Position numbers and translations under genes: made by a program. A DNA stretch of 64,000 bases from an uncultured Bacteriovoracaceae bacterium (lineage in GTDB: Bacteria; Bdellovibrionota; Bacteriovoracia; Bacteriovoracales; Bacteriovoracaceae): positions 96,001 through 160,000 of the forward strand of contig CAXGUD010000002.1 in assembly GCA_964012805.1 (NCBI GenBank). The letters are read 5' to 3'. The notes beneath the pieces are model-generated. The model saw only the letters and a list, made by a program, of their open reading frames with translations. It was not told the origin of the DNA and made no database searches. This document shows, piece by piece, positions 8,602 to 17,608 of this stretch (its first letter is position 1; every line of letters begins with the position of its first letter).

Positions 8602-10491
8602 TTAGGCCTCCCCTGTCTTTTTCTTTTTAACCAAAAGACCAACTGTTAACACCGAAATAATAGGCATAACAGAGGCCAATGATAAAACACCAAAACCATC
8701 AGTAACACCTGGGATATTAGAACCAACTCCAAGCCCCATCGCCAAAACGAGGGGAACTGTAATCGGACCAGTCGTAACGCCTGCGCTATCCCAACCAAAG
8801 TTAACAAAATCTTCAGACGATATAATTGTAAGAATAATTAAAACCAAATAAGGTGGTATTAAAAGGTATTCAAGAGGAATGTTATAGGCAATTTTTAAAA
8901 TACCAAAAGCTATTCCCAATCCAACACCTGTTGCGACGGTATTCATTAATACAGATTTTTTAAAGGCCCCAACTGTTATTTTTTCAACAGTTGATCCAAG
9001 AGCGTTAAGTGCTGGTTCAGCAAGAGTTGCTCCAAAGCCAAGAAAAAAGGCAAAAATGGCGGCCAATACTTTTCCAGAATGACTTCCGAGTAAGGCAACC
9101 TTATAACCTTCTAGACCCCATGGAGTAATTGTCGTAAATGTTCCTGGTATATTACTTCCAAGCTGCCCTCCTAAAGGAGTCAAGCCTAATTCAATTCCTA
9201 AGACGAAAATCCACATTCCAACGACAGCAAAAGTAATCCCCATCAAAATTTCATCTGCTCTTGGGACTTTTTCTCTTAAAACAAGCCTTAAGACGAGGTA
9301 TAAAAAGATACATAAAGGAACAATGGCCTGAACGGCAGTGATAACACCCATTTTAATTTTATCGAGCATGACGACTTTTGGGTCCCAATGCTTTAAAGAC
9401 TTTAGATTAACGTTGTCTTGGTTTTGCTTTCCAAAAATAACGGTTGGGTTTTCGTGATAAATTTTTCCATCTTTTAAAACTCTTGCCCCACCTTTGTAAC
9501 CAACAACAAACTCTGGTCCTGGATAAACTCCACTTTCTTTAAAAGAAGACCACTCTTTGTCAGTAAACTCGGCCCCAATATTAGATTCTAAACCTGTACC
9601 TTTTTTACTGCTATCAGCTCCAACATTTTTTTCTTTTTTCACTTTATTTTTATAGTTAGGTCTTCCGTAAAAATCATCTTGCTGAAGATGATAGATACCT
9701 AGAAGAAAAACTGCAATAATAGGAAATAAAGAGGCCAGGGTCACAACACCAAACCCACCTCCTTCAGAACTTCCACTTGAAACAATCCGACAAACGCCAA
9801 TCCCTAAGGCCAAGACAAGGGGAACCGTAACAGGGCCTGTTGTCACAGCACCACAATCCCAAGCTAGTCCCATAATAGGAACAAGAAATTCATTAAAATG
9901 GGCCCAAACAGTGAGACCTGTTAAAACGAGAACTAAAGGAATAATTAAAACCTTAAGGGACCACCCGTAAAGGAATCTCATAACACCTAATAAAACAGCT
10001 ATACCTACTCCTAGGCCAACGCAAGCTACGAGTTGATTAGAAAAATCATTGAGTAAGCTATAAAGAAGTGGCGCCTCATCAGGCTTTACCCCAGCGCCCG
10101 CAGCTTTTAAAACAAAAATAGCTGGCTCTGCCAGAGTTGCCCCAATTCCCAATAAAACTGAGAAAATCATAATGACTGGCAATTTGGACTTTCTTGGAAG
10201 GACGGCCCCTATAATTTCTCCAAAAGGCATAAGACCTAGCTCCAAACCTTCCATAAAAAAGGTTAAGCCAAAAATAACAAGCCCTACACCAGCACTAATG
10301 GTTAATGAATAAACAATGGGAAGGTTTAAAACTAAAACTTGAAAAAGTATGAGGTAAAAGATGATGAACCAAACTGACTTTACTTGCTCAATAACTTTTT
10401 TTAAAAAGTAAGGAGTAATAATATTAAGAGTTTTTTTAAACCCCAACTTAACCTTACCAGATCCATAATCCTGGACATTTGAATCCGCCAT
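8602..10491 (-). CDS. Tandem DUF1538 integral membrane protein (putative transporter)
   Basis: Two repeats with ATLAEPA and WD(C/S)(G/A)(A/G)VTTGP(V/I)TVPLVLA(L/M)G and GFGV..LAS; many TM helices. Confidence 0.85.
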   Translation of the reverse strand: MADSNVQDYGSGKVKLGFKKTLNIITPYFLKKVIEQVKSVWFIIFYLILFQVLVLNLPIVYSLTISAGVGLVIFGLTFFMEGLELGLMPFGEIIGAVLPRKSKLPVIMIFSVLLGIGATLAEPAIFVLKAAGAGVKPDEAPLLYSLLNDFSNQLVACVGLGVGIAVLLGVMRFLYGWSLKVLIIPLVLVLTGLTVWAHFNEFLVPIMGLAWDCGAVTTGPVTVPLVLALGIGVCRIVSSGSSEGGGFGVVTLASLFPIIAVFLLGIYHLQQDDFYGRPNYKNKVKKEKNVGADSSKKGTGLESNIGAEFTDKEWSSFKESGVYPGPEFVVGYKGGARVLKDGKIYHENPTVIFGKQNQDNVNLKSLKHWDPKVVMLDKIKMGVITAVQAIVPLCIFLYLVLRLVLREKVPRADEILMGITFAVVGMWIFVLGIELGLTPLGGQLGSNIPGTFTTITPWGLEGYKVALLGSHSGKVLAAIFAFFLGFGATLAEPALNALGSTVEKITVGAFKKSVLMNTVATGVGLGIAFGILKIAYNIPLEYLLIPPYLVLIILTIISSEDFVNFGWDSAGVTTGPITVPLVLAMGLGVGSNIPGVTDGFGVLSLASVMPIISVLTVGLLVKKKKTGEA

Positions 10492-10544
10492 AACTGGCCC
10501 CTCTAAAAAAATTAAATTTTTCTAACTCACTCCCTTTGTTCGGC

Positions 10545-10596
10545 AAAAAAAAAGCAAAACTAAAAAAATTGTTACACTTTTTTAGTTTCGCTTTTA
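10545..10596 (-). terminator. Intrinsic terminator after the peroxidase gene
   Basis: Minus strand AAAGCGAAACTAAAAAA-loop-TTTTTTAGTTTTGC followed by a T run. Confidence 0.6.
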
Positions 10597-10620
10597 TCTT
10601 AAAAAAAATTTTATTAAAAT

Positions 10621-11901
10621 TTAGTCTTTTACAGGTAATCCACTAGGAACTGACTCAGGTATAAGGACCTCTCTTGGAAGAGGGTTTAAGTCAGTTAAGG
10701 CATAAAGAAATTCGATAAGGTATTCTTTTTCCTGATTGTTTAAATCAACTCTTGGAAGGTCGTGGCTTGTTAACATATTTTCTTTTACAAAAGTCATGTC
10801 AAAAACTGTGTGCCCTGGATCCTCGTCATCAAGGTAAAGAAAAGAATTAAAGTTAAAATTAAAGAGAGACTCTTCAGGATTTAAATGGTGGTCAATGACT
10901 TCTTCCAAGGTTTGAAAAATACCGTTATGACCCCAAGGTCCAGTTAAGACGACATTTCTTAAAGTTGGAGTTCTAAACTTATATCGGTCACTTATCTTTT
11001 TTGTCACAAGCTCTCTGCCAAAATCCTCTTTTCCACCGAGGCCCTTTTCTTTTCCAGGCCCAACAGGTGGAATGGCGAGATTATAAAACTTACCATCCGT
11101 TTGAAATTTACCCGTATGGCATTGTGAGCATTTTGCCTTCCCATAAAAAAGCTTCATACCCTTTTTAGCTTCAAAATTAAGGGCCGTCAGCTCCCCTTCT
11201 TTATAGCGGTCATAAGGAGAATCAACGGCCCTATAACCTTTATCTTCATAGTGAGCGAGGGCATTAGCAATATGCTGGATTCCCAAATCATTTTTAGATT
11301 TCACTGAGGGGTAGACCTCTTGAAAGAGGGACATATACCCATCAATATTTTTAACCCTATTAACAACGATATTCCACGCCTTAACCTTATCATCTTTTGC
11401 AGCGGCGTCAGCGATCTCATTGCTTCCCTTTTGACCGGCCATTTCAACTGCTGACAATAAAGGAAACAAGGCTTGAACGGAGAGGATGTCCTCAAGACCT
11501 TCTGGAAGACTATTTTTTGCAGGTGAAGCGATAAAACCGTTACTTCCAGCAACCTCTTCAATCCTTCCATCAAAAAAGATGGGGTAATCGTCCATAAGCC
11601 TTAAATTAAAAAGTGCCGGGGCATTTCTTGGGGCCCTTTTACCTTCACTTAAAGTTCTGTGCTCTCCTAACCCACTTCCTCCTTCACCAATAGAAAGAGC
11701 AACAGCATCACCACTCGCTAGGTCTGGGTGATGGCAAGTAGCACAAGAAATATTTTTATTTCCACTTAAAACCTTATCAAAAAAGAGCGCCCTTCCTAAT
11801 TCAAACTTAACATCTTTAAAGGCAGCGACTAAACTGGTGGCAAAAAATAAATTGGCCAAAGCGGCAAGTTTTAGAGTTAAAAGAAAAGATCTTTTCTTCA
11901 T
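10621..11901 (-). CDS. Di-heme cytochrome c peroxidase / MauG family protein
   Basis: Signal peptide; LGRALFFD..LS, CATCH, RNAPALFN, CSQCH, FRTPTLRNV..TGPWGHNG. Confidence 0.9.
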   Translation of the reverse strand: MKKRSFLLTLKLAALANLFFATSLVAAFKDVKFELGRALFFDKVLSGNKNISCATCHHPDLASGDAVALSIGEGGSGLGEHRTLSEGKRAPRNAPALFNLRLMDDYPIFFDGRIEEVAGSNGFIASPAKNSLPEGLEDILSVQALFPLLSAVEMAGQKGSNEIADAAAKDDKVKAWNIVVNRVKNIDGYMSLFQEVYPSVKSKNDLGIQHIANALAHYEDKGYRAVDSPYDRYKEGELTALNFEAKKGMKLFYGKAKCSQCHTGKFQTDGKFYNLAIPPVGPGKEKGLGGKEDFGRELVTKKISDRYKFRTPTLRNVVLTGPWGHNGIFQTLEEVIDHHLNPEESLFNFNFNSFLYLDDEDPGHTVFDMTFVKENMLTSHDLPRVDLNNQEKEYLIEFLYALTDLNPLPREVLIPESVPSGLPVKD

Positions 11902-12062
11902 TAAGACGACCCCTTATTTGAAATAAATTAAGTGTATAGGTAGTCATAAATTTGTTTGAGCACTAAAACAAGTTTTTTTTGAAGGCATTGTGAAATTTTT
12001 TATGACTTTCTGAGAATTTTTGTTGAGCTATAAAAAGGTAGTCGGTTAAGAAAGAAATTTAA

Positions 12063-14813
12063 TCAGCTTGCTTTGTCTGCGTTAGAAGAGCTAATCGAAC
12101 TAGGAAAGTGAATTAAAAACCCTGTCCCCTTATCTCTATTGTCTTCTATTTTTATTTGCCCTTCCATCCTTTCAATATTTTCTTTTACAACATTCATTCC
12201 AACCCCACGCCCTGATGTTTCAGAAACATTTTCTTTGGTTGAAAACTCGGGATGAAAAATATACGCAGCGATTTCTCCTGGCATCATGTTTTCAATGGAC
12301 TCACCAGTCGCTAGGCCCTTAAGCTCAATTTTTTTACGCACACGCTCTATATCAATTCCTGCTCCATCGTCTTCAATGTGGATATCGATCCCTTCCTTTC
12401 CTTCGCTAAGGCTGACCTGAATTTCACCAGATCTTTCAATTCCGTGGTCAACAGAATTAGTTAGAAGGTGGATAAAGGCCTCCTTTAAAAGAGAGATTTT
12501 TTCTTTTTCTAGATAAATATCTTCACCATAAACATTTAACCGGACTTCTTTTCCAAGACCGTTGGCGGTATTTAAAACAATGCCTTTTAGGCCTTGAATC
12601 ATCTTTTTAATATTAATGGCCTTTAATTTTTCCAGAATAGAAACAATGACTGAGTAATTTTTATTTTCAAGATTACTTGAAACGTCTTTTACAGCATTAT
12701 CAAGCCTTGATTGGCTGATTTCAAGGACTTCATCTTGGGCTTCATCACCTGTCCCGTCATTTATATTATAGACTTCTCCATACACTTCGGTCACTAGTTG
12801 AAGGGCCTCATTAATGGCTATTTTTAAAAGAGGCGTCTCTTCATCAGCAATCTCCCTAAAGTCTCGTTTCTCTGTTTTCCCTTCTTCTATAAAGAAGGCA
12901 CTTTCATAGCGGTGGATAATAGTTGAAAGAAAGTTTAATCCGTAAAGCCTTGATAGCCCCTTTAAAGTGTGGGCAGCCCTTAGAAACTCTTCTTTTTCAA
13001 CATAAGGGTCTTCCAAAACAGAAAGGAGTGGATAAGCTTCACTAAAAAAGGTCCGAAGGTTTGCTTTATCATTACTCACAATCATTTGAAGGCGCTCCAC
13101 CTTCTCCATATTTTTGGCCTTTTCTTTTTCAACTTCGGCTTCTAGTTTTTCAATTTCAGTGACGTCTTCCACGATAAAAACAATCTTTTCTAAAAGTTCG
13201 TCTTTATTATAAATAGGTGACATACTTAGCTTTAAACTTCTTTTCTCACCGTCTTTTACAATAAAAACTTTTTTAGGAAAGTCGTCTTTCACTAAAAGCC
13301 ACTGAACATAGTCTGCACCAAAAGTAATGGAAATTCCGAACTCGAAAAAACTCCTTCCAACATCAGTGGGGTCCGTGTCTCTAAAAAGCGTCTCCCAGAT
13401 TGTTTTTCCTTGAATATCGTCACCAAAAATATTAGTTGCAAACTTTGAAACTGGAGGAACGATATGATGCTCTTTATCTATGGCAAAAACAGCTTGCCCC
13501 ATATTATCAAGGAGAATTTCTGTTTTTTCTAAAGATGAGGCAAGCTCCTCGGTTCTTAGATCAACAATGTGGGTAAGGTTTTTGTTAAAATCACCAAGTT
13601 GCCTGGCATTCTCTTCAGCAGCTTCTTTTAATGTTTTAATCAGGTTTGAAAGACCTAGAGCAAAAAGAACCAATTGAATGATGACCCCTACCCATAAACC
13701 TTGAGTAAAAACAAAAATACTGGGAAGAAAACCTATCCCCTCAAAGAGTTTAAAAAAGGCACCAATTAAGAGGGAGGAAAAAGCAAAAGCGAGATACCTT
13801 GAGTTAGGTAATTTTTTTACATAAGCATAAATGCCCCAAAATACAATAATTCCAAGAGCAGGGGTAACAGTCGCAATCAAAAGGCGGATTGCATAATAAT
13901 AAGGAATAAAAAGAGGGCCAATTACATTAAAAACGCCAAACCCTAAGGCAATATAAAAGGATTTGGCCATTTTTGGCGCTGCCTTTTCAAGTTCAATAAA
14001 TCTATAAATGAAATGAGACAAACCAATCAGCATAATGCCGACAGAAACAATAATTCCCTCATTATTTAAAAAGGTGGAGTTTGGTGTTAGGTACTGCCCC
14101 CCAAAACCAGAGTGGCTAAGAATAAGCCCAATAAGTCCAACAATATAAATAGAATAAGGAAGGTATTGAACCATCCTTGTCGAAAAATAAATAACTATAT
14201 GATAAATTGTCATGATAAGGAGGATACCTACAACAAGGGCGTTGGTAATAGATTCCTCCACAATATTTTGATGATAAGCTTTTGGTGTGTAAAGGACTAA
14301 AGGAAGCTGCATGGCCGCAGAATTTTTAACTCTTATGTAATAAGTTGAGTCCTTCCCAGGCTTAAGCGGAAAGCTAAAAAAGTGATGAGGCGTTTTTTTC
14401 TCAGAAAAGGTCTTTTGATCTCCGGCCTCTTCCTTAATCCATTGACCTTCAATATTTTTATATAAAGTAACGTAATCAGTTCCAGCAAAAGAAAAAACAA
14501 GAAAATAAGAAGGTAGTGGGACTTGTTTTTGAGAAAGCTTAAAGCGGAGCCAGAAAGCTGATTTTGTAAATCGCTTGTTAGGAAAATCTGTTTTGGCCCT
14601 TATAAACTTTTCTTTGTGGTTTCCTTTTAAGATGTCATCAAAGGATAACTCGCCTAATTTGTCTTCAAGGATATCAAGGTGCTTCCCAAGCTTAATCTTC
14701 TCACTATGGCCCTTAGTTAAATCCAAGGCCATTAAATTAAACGAGTGTCCACAAAAGAAAATGATTCCTAAAAAAAGGCTTAAGAAAGTTTTGTGCATGA
14801 AATAATGTTTCAT
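12063..14813 (-). CDS. 7TM-DISM sensor + PAS-like + HPt + CheA-type ATPase histidine kinase (no CheW domain)
   Basis: 7TMR-DISMED2-like N-terminus, 7 TMs, RAAHTLKG, HLLTNSVDHG, DDGAGID, FSTK..SGRGVGM. Confidence 0.85.
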   Translation of the reverse strand: MKHYFMHKTFLSLFLGIIFFCGHSFNLMALDLTKGHSEKIKLGKHLDILEDKLGELSFDDILKGNHKEKFIRAKTDFPNKRFTKSAFWLRFKLSQKQVPLPSYFLVFSFAGTDYVTLYKNIEGQWIKEEAGDQKTFSEKKTPHHFFSFPLKPGKDSTYYIRVKNSAAMQLPLVLYTPKAYHQNIVEESITNALVVGILLIMTIYHIVIYFSTRMVQYLPYSIYIVGLIGLILSHSGFGGQYLTPNSTFLNNEGIIVSVGIMLIGLSHFIYRFIELEKAAPKMAKSFYIALGFGVFNVIGPLFIPYYYAIRLLIATVTPALGIIVFWGIYAYVKKLPNSRYLAFAFSSLLIGAFFKLFEGIGFLPSIFVFTQGLWVGVIIQLVLFALGLSNLIKTLKEAAEENARQLGDFNKNLTHIVDLRTEELASSLEKTEILLDNMGQAVFAIDKEHHIVPPVSKFATNIFGDDIQGKTIWETLFRDTDPTDVGRSFFEFGISITFGADYVQWLLVKDDFPKKVFIVKDGEKRSLKLSMSPIYNKDELLEKIVFIVEDVTEIEKLEAEVEKEKAKNMEKVERLQMIVSNDKANLRTFFSEAYPLLSVLEDPYVEKEEFLRAAHTLKGLSRLYGLNFLSTIIHRYESAFFIEEGKTEKRDFREIADEETPLLKIAINEALQLVTEVYGEVYNINDGTGDEAQDEVLEISQSRLDNAVKDVSSNLENKNYSVIVSILEKLKAINIKKMIQGLKGIVLNTANGLGKEVRLNVYGEDIYLEKEKISLLKEAFIHLLTNSVDHGIERSGEIQVSLSEGKEGIDIHIEDDGAGIDIERVRKKIELKGLATGESIENMMPGEIAAYIFHPEFSTKENVSETSGRGVGMNVVKENIERMEGQIKIEDNRDKGTGFLIHFPSSISSSNADKAS

Positions 14814-14898
14814 ACACTTTTTTTCGTCAAAAACCTATGAAATTTAAATATTCAACTTACTTTTTCAACCTATTCCCGCCATAAAAACTCGGATAGTG

Positions 14899-16002
14899 TT
14901 AAAGAGAAGTGGCCTTGATTGTTGCTACCCAAGTTTGTCCGCAGCTAAGCTTAAGAAAGTGAAAAGACTTTAAGGTCACTCTAGAATAAAGAGGCCAGGA
15001 AGAACTTCCTCCTAAAAGTTTAAGACCGACCAAAACGCTCATCTGATTAAGGGTTTTAACTTCAGTAATTTTAACTTTAAGGGCGTTTAAAAAGGTCGCC
15101 CTTTTTGGCTTTGACTCCATAAGGGCCACTTGATTGGATTCAATAAGAACCCTCACTTTTTGTCCTAACTCTTGATTAATTTGAGGACAAATAATGTTAA
15201 CTCCACCAATATCGACCACTGTCAGGGCATCTTCTTTTAAGTGGTTTTTAACAACTCCTTCTAAAACAGAACCAACCTCACCTCCCCCCATTTTTTCAAT
15301 AAGCGGTCCTTTAAAATCATTCATGGCCTCTAATAAACTTCCTAAGTATTTTATTGCTCCTTTTTCCATGTAAAAAACAAAGTCAGCAAGCCTTTTTAAT
15401 TCTTCAAAGGAGTGCGTAACCATAAGGATTGGGCCATGAAAAACCTGTTTTAATTCACCTATTAACTTCATCACTTCAAGTTTACTCTCCCTATCTAAAC
15501 CAGAAAGAGGCTCGTCCATAAATAAAACGTCGGGGGCCTGAAGGAGGGTTCTTGCGATAGCGACTTTTTGTTTTTCACCTCCAGAAAGAGTTTCAGTTTT
15601 CCTCTTTAATAGTTTTTCTAACTTGAACCAACGGATAATGAAATCATAAGAGAAGAGACTTTTTTCTTTTGAGCGCTTTAAACCAAAATTTAAATTTTCA
15701 TGAACATTTAAGTGAGGGAAAAGCCCTCCTCCTTGAAAAACGTATCCAATGTTTCTTTTGTGGAGAGGTATTGAGTTTTTTTGAGGGTTGTTAAGGCCTT
15801 CTCCAATATTAAAGCGCCCTACAACATCTTTTTCTAGCCCACTTAAAGAGCGGAGGAATGTGGTTTTCCCACTTCCCGAATCGCCAAAGAGGACAGAAAG
15901 CCCTCTTTTTGGAAGTTGAAAGTTATTTGCTTTTAAAGTAAAACTCTCCTTTTTTAAAAAAAGAGAACCTTCAAAAATTTCACCTGGTGGAAGAGGACTC
16001 AT
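14899..16002 (-). CDS. modC: Molybdate ABC transporter ATP-binding protein
   Basis: GDSGSGKTT, LSGGEKQK, C-terminal TOBE/Mop region; overlaps modB. Confidence 0.9.
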   Translation of the reverse strand: MSPLPPGEIFEGSLFLKKESFTLKANNFQLPKRGLSVLFGDSGSGKTTFLRSLSGLEKDVVGRFNIGEGLNNPQKNSIPLHKRNIGYVFQGGGLFPHLNVHENLNFGLKRSKEKSLFSYDFIIRWFKLEKLLKRKTETLSGGEKQKVAIARTLLQAPDVLFMDEPLSGLDRESKLEVMKLIGELKQVFHGPILMVTHSFEELKRLADFVFYMEKGAIKYLGSLLEAMNDFKGPLIEKMGGGEVGSVLEGVVKNHLKEDALTVVDIGGVNIICPQINQELGQKVRVLIESNQVALMESKPKRATFLNALKVKITEVKTLNQMSVLVGLKLLGGSSSWPLYSRVTLKSFHFLKLSCGQTWVATIKATSL

Positions 16003-16691
16003 GACTCTCCCCCTTTAAGTAACTCCCAATTTCTATTTAATTTATAAACAAGTGCTAGAAGGACAAAGCTTAAAATGAGCATGATAAAAGAAATTTCATG
16101 GGCCTTTCCATACTCCATGGTTTCAACATAATCATAAATGGAAAGGGAGGCAAGTTGAGTCACCCCTGGTATATTTCCCCCAATCATTAATATAACACCA
16201 AACTCTCCCACGGTATGAGCAAAGCTTAAAGTAGAGGCCATAAGAAATTGCCTTCTGCACAGAGGAAGGGTTATAGAGAAAAAACGGTCTATAGGGCCTG
16301 CCCCTAAAAGAGTCGCGGCTTCAAGAGGTTCCCGCAATTTCGAGTCTGAAAAAGCACTGATTAAAGGAGTCAGGGCAAAGGGAAGGGAATAAAAAAAAGA
16401 GCCAACCACAAGACCTGTAAAAGTAAACGTTAAAGGAGCGATCCCTAAAAAGTCAGTCATCATTCCAAGAGGGCCTTCAGGGCCCATCGCCATTAATAGA
16501 TAAAAACCTAAAACGGTAGGCGGAAGAACTAAGGGAAGAGACACAAAGGCCTCTAAAAGGGCCCTTTTATTTCCCTTTCTCTTACTTATCCAAAAAGCAA
16601 AGGGAGTTCCTAAAAGAATTAAAAAAAAAGTGGTCACCAACGCCACTTTGAAAGTGAGGAGTAAAGTTGTCCATAGGCTAACCTCACTCAT
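15999..16691 (-). CDS. modB: Molybdate ABC transporter permease
   Basis: LPLVLPPTVLGFYLL; FAHTVGEFG..LMIGGNIPG. Confidence 0.93.
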   Translation of the reverse strand: MSEVSLWTTLLLTFKVALVTTFFLILLGTPFAFWISKRKGNKRALLEAFVSLPLVLPPTVLGFYLLMAMGPEGPLGMMTDFLGIAPLTFTFTGLVVGSFFYSLPFALTPLISAFSDSKLREPLEAATLLGAGPIDRFFSITLPLCRRQFLMASTLSFAHTVGEFGVILMIGGNIPGVTQLASLSIYDYVETMEYGKAHEISFIMLILSFVLLALVYKLNRNWELLKGGES

Positions 16692-17479
16692 AATTGAGAC
16701 ACTTTCACTTCAGGAAGGCCATAGCCCATTCCACTAATAATAAACTTGGCCTTATTCGATTTTAAAAAGTTAAGAAATACTTTGACTTCTTTTCTCATCT
16801 TTCCTTTTAAAACAACACCAAACTGCTTAATGGGTTTGTATAGAGTTGGGTTCACCTCAGAAAAAGAACCAACCCTACTTCCCATCCTTCCATCTAAAAC
16901 AAAGCTGCGGGAAACAATTCCAAGGTCCGCATGACCCATAGAAACATATTGAAAAGCCTTCCCAATATTTTCCCCTTGAACCAACTTTCCTTGTGATTGA
17001 AGCTCTTCGAAGAGTCCATAGTTTTTTAAAACTTCGGCCCCTGCTTTTCCAAAAGGAGCTGTTTTAGGGTTAGCAATCGCAAAAAAGCGTAGACCAGAAG
17101 AGTCCTTTTTGAGTTCATTTAAATCAAGAGAAAGGGCGCTTCCCTTTTTTCTGACGATCACCAATTGGCCGATGGCGTAATTAAAAAGGCCATTAGGATG
17201 GATTAGACCATCTGCTTCTAACAACCTGGGCCTTTTCTCGTCTGCTGAAAGGAAAACATCAATGGGGGAACCTCTTTTAATTTGAGCATAAAGAAGACCT
17301 GTGGGCCCAGAAACAAGAGAAAGCCTGATGGGATGTTTTTTCTCAAACTGTTTTTTTAAAATTTTCATGGTGGCCAAAAAGTTTGAGCTCACACCCAAAT
17401 TTAGCCGCTCCCCGGAAAAGCTGGTGTTACAACAAAATAAAAGCGCAAGAAAAGGTAGAAAACGTCTTAGATGAAACAT
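16688..17479 (-). CDS. modA: Molybdate ABC transporter substrate-binding protein
   Basis: Signal peptide; LYAQI..G.P.DVFLSAD, AIANPKTAPFG, GENI. Confidence 0.9.
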   Translation of the reverse strand: MFHLRRFLPFLALLFCCNTSFSGERLNLGVSSNFLATMKILKKQFEKKHPIRLSLVSGPTGLLYAQIKRGSPIDVFLSADEKRPRLLEADGLIHPNGLFNYAIGQLVIVRKKGSALSLDLNELKKDSSGLRFFAIANPKTAPFGKAGAEVLKNYGLFEELQSQGKLVQGENIGKAFQYVSMGHADLGIVSRSFVLDGRMGSRVGSFSEVNPTLYKPIKQFGVVLKGKMRKEVKVFLNFLKSNKAKFIISGMGYGLPEVKVSQL

Positions 17480-17608
17480 CGTGAATACCTGGCGTTGGAC
17501 TTAAGAGGGAAATGGAAATTTGTAAATTTCTAGTAGGTAAAAGTCAAGGCGTTAAGAGAAAGAGCCTTGGGAAATGGCACGCTTTGAGAGAATGAAAAGA
17601 GAGGTTTT

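Noticed and set aside
17480..17608. Possible Moco riboswitch or ModE box before modA
   Set aside because: No recognisable conserved stems or box in this short region
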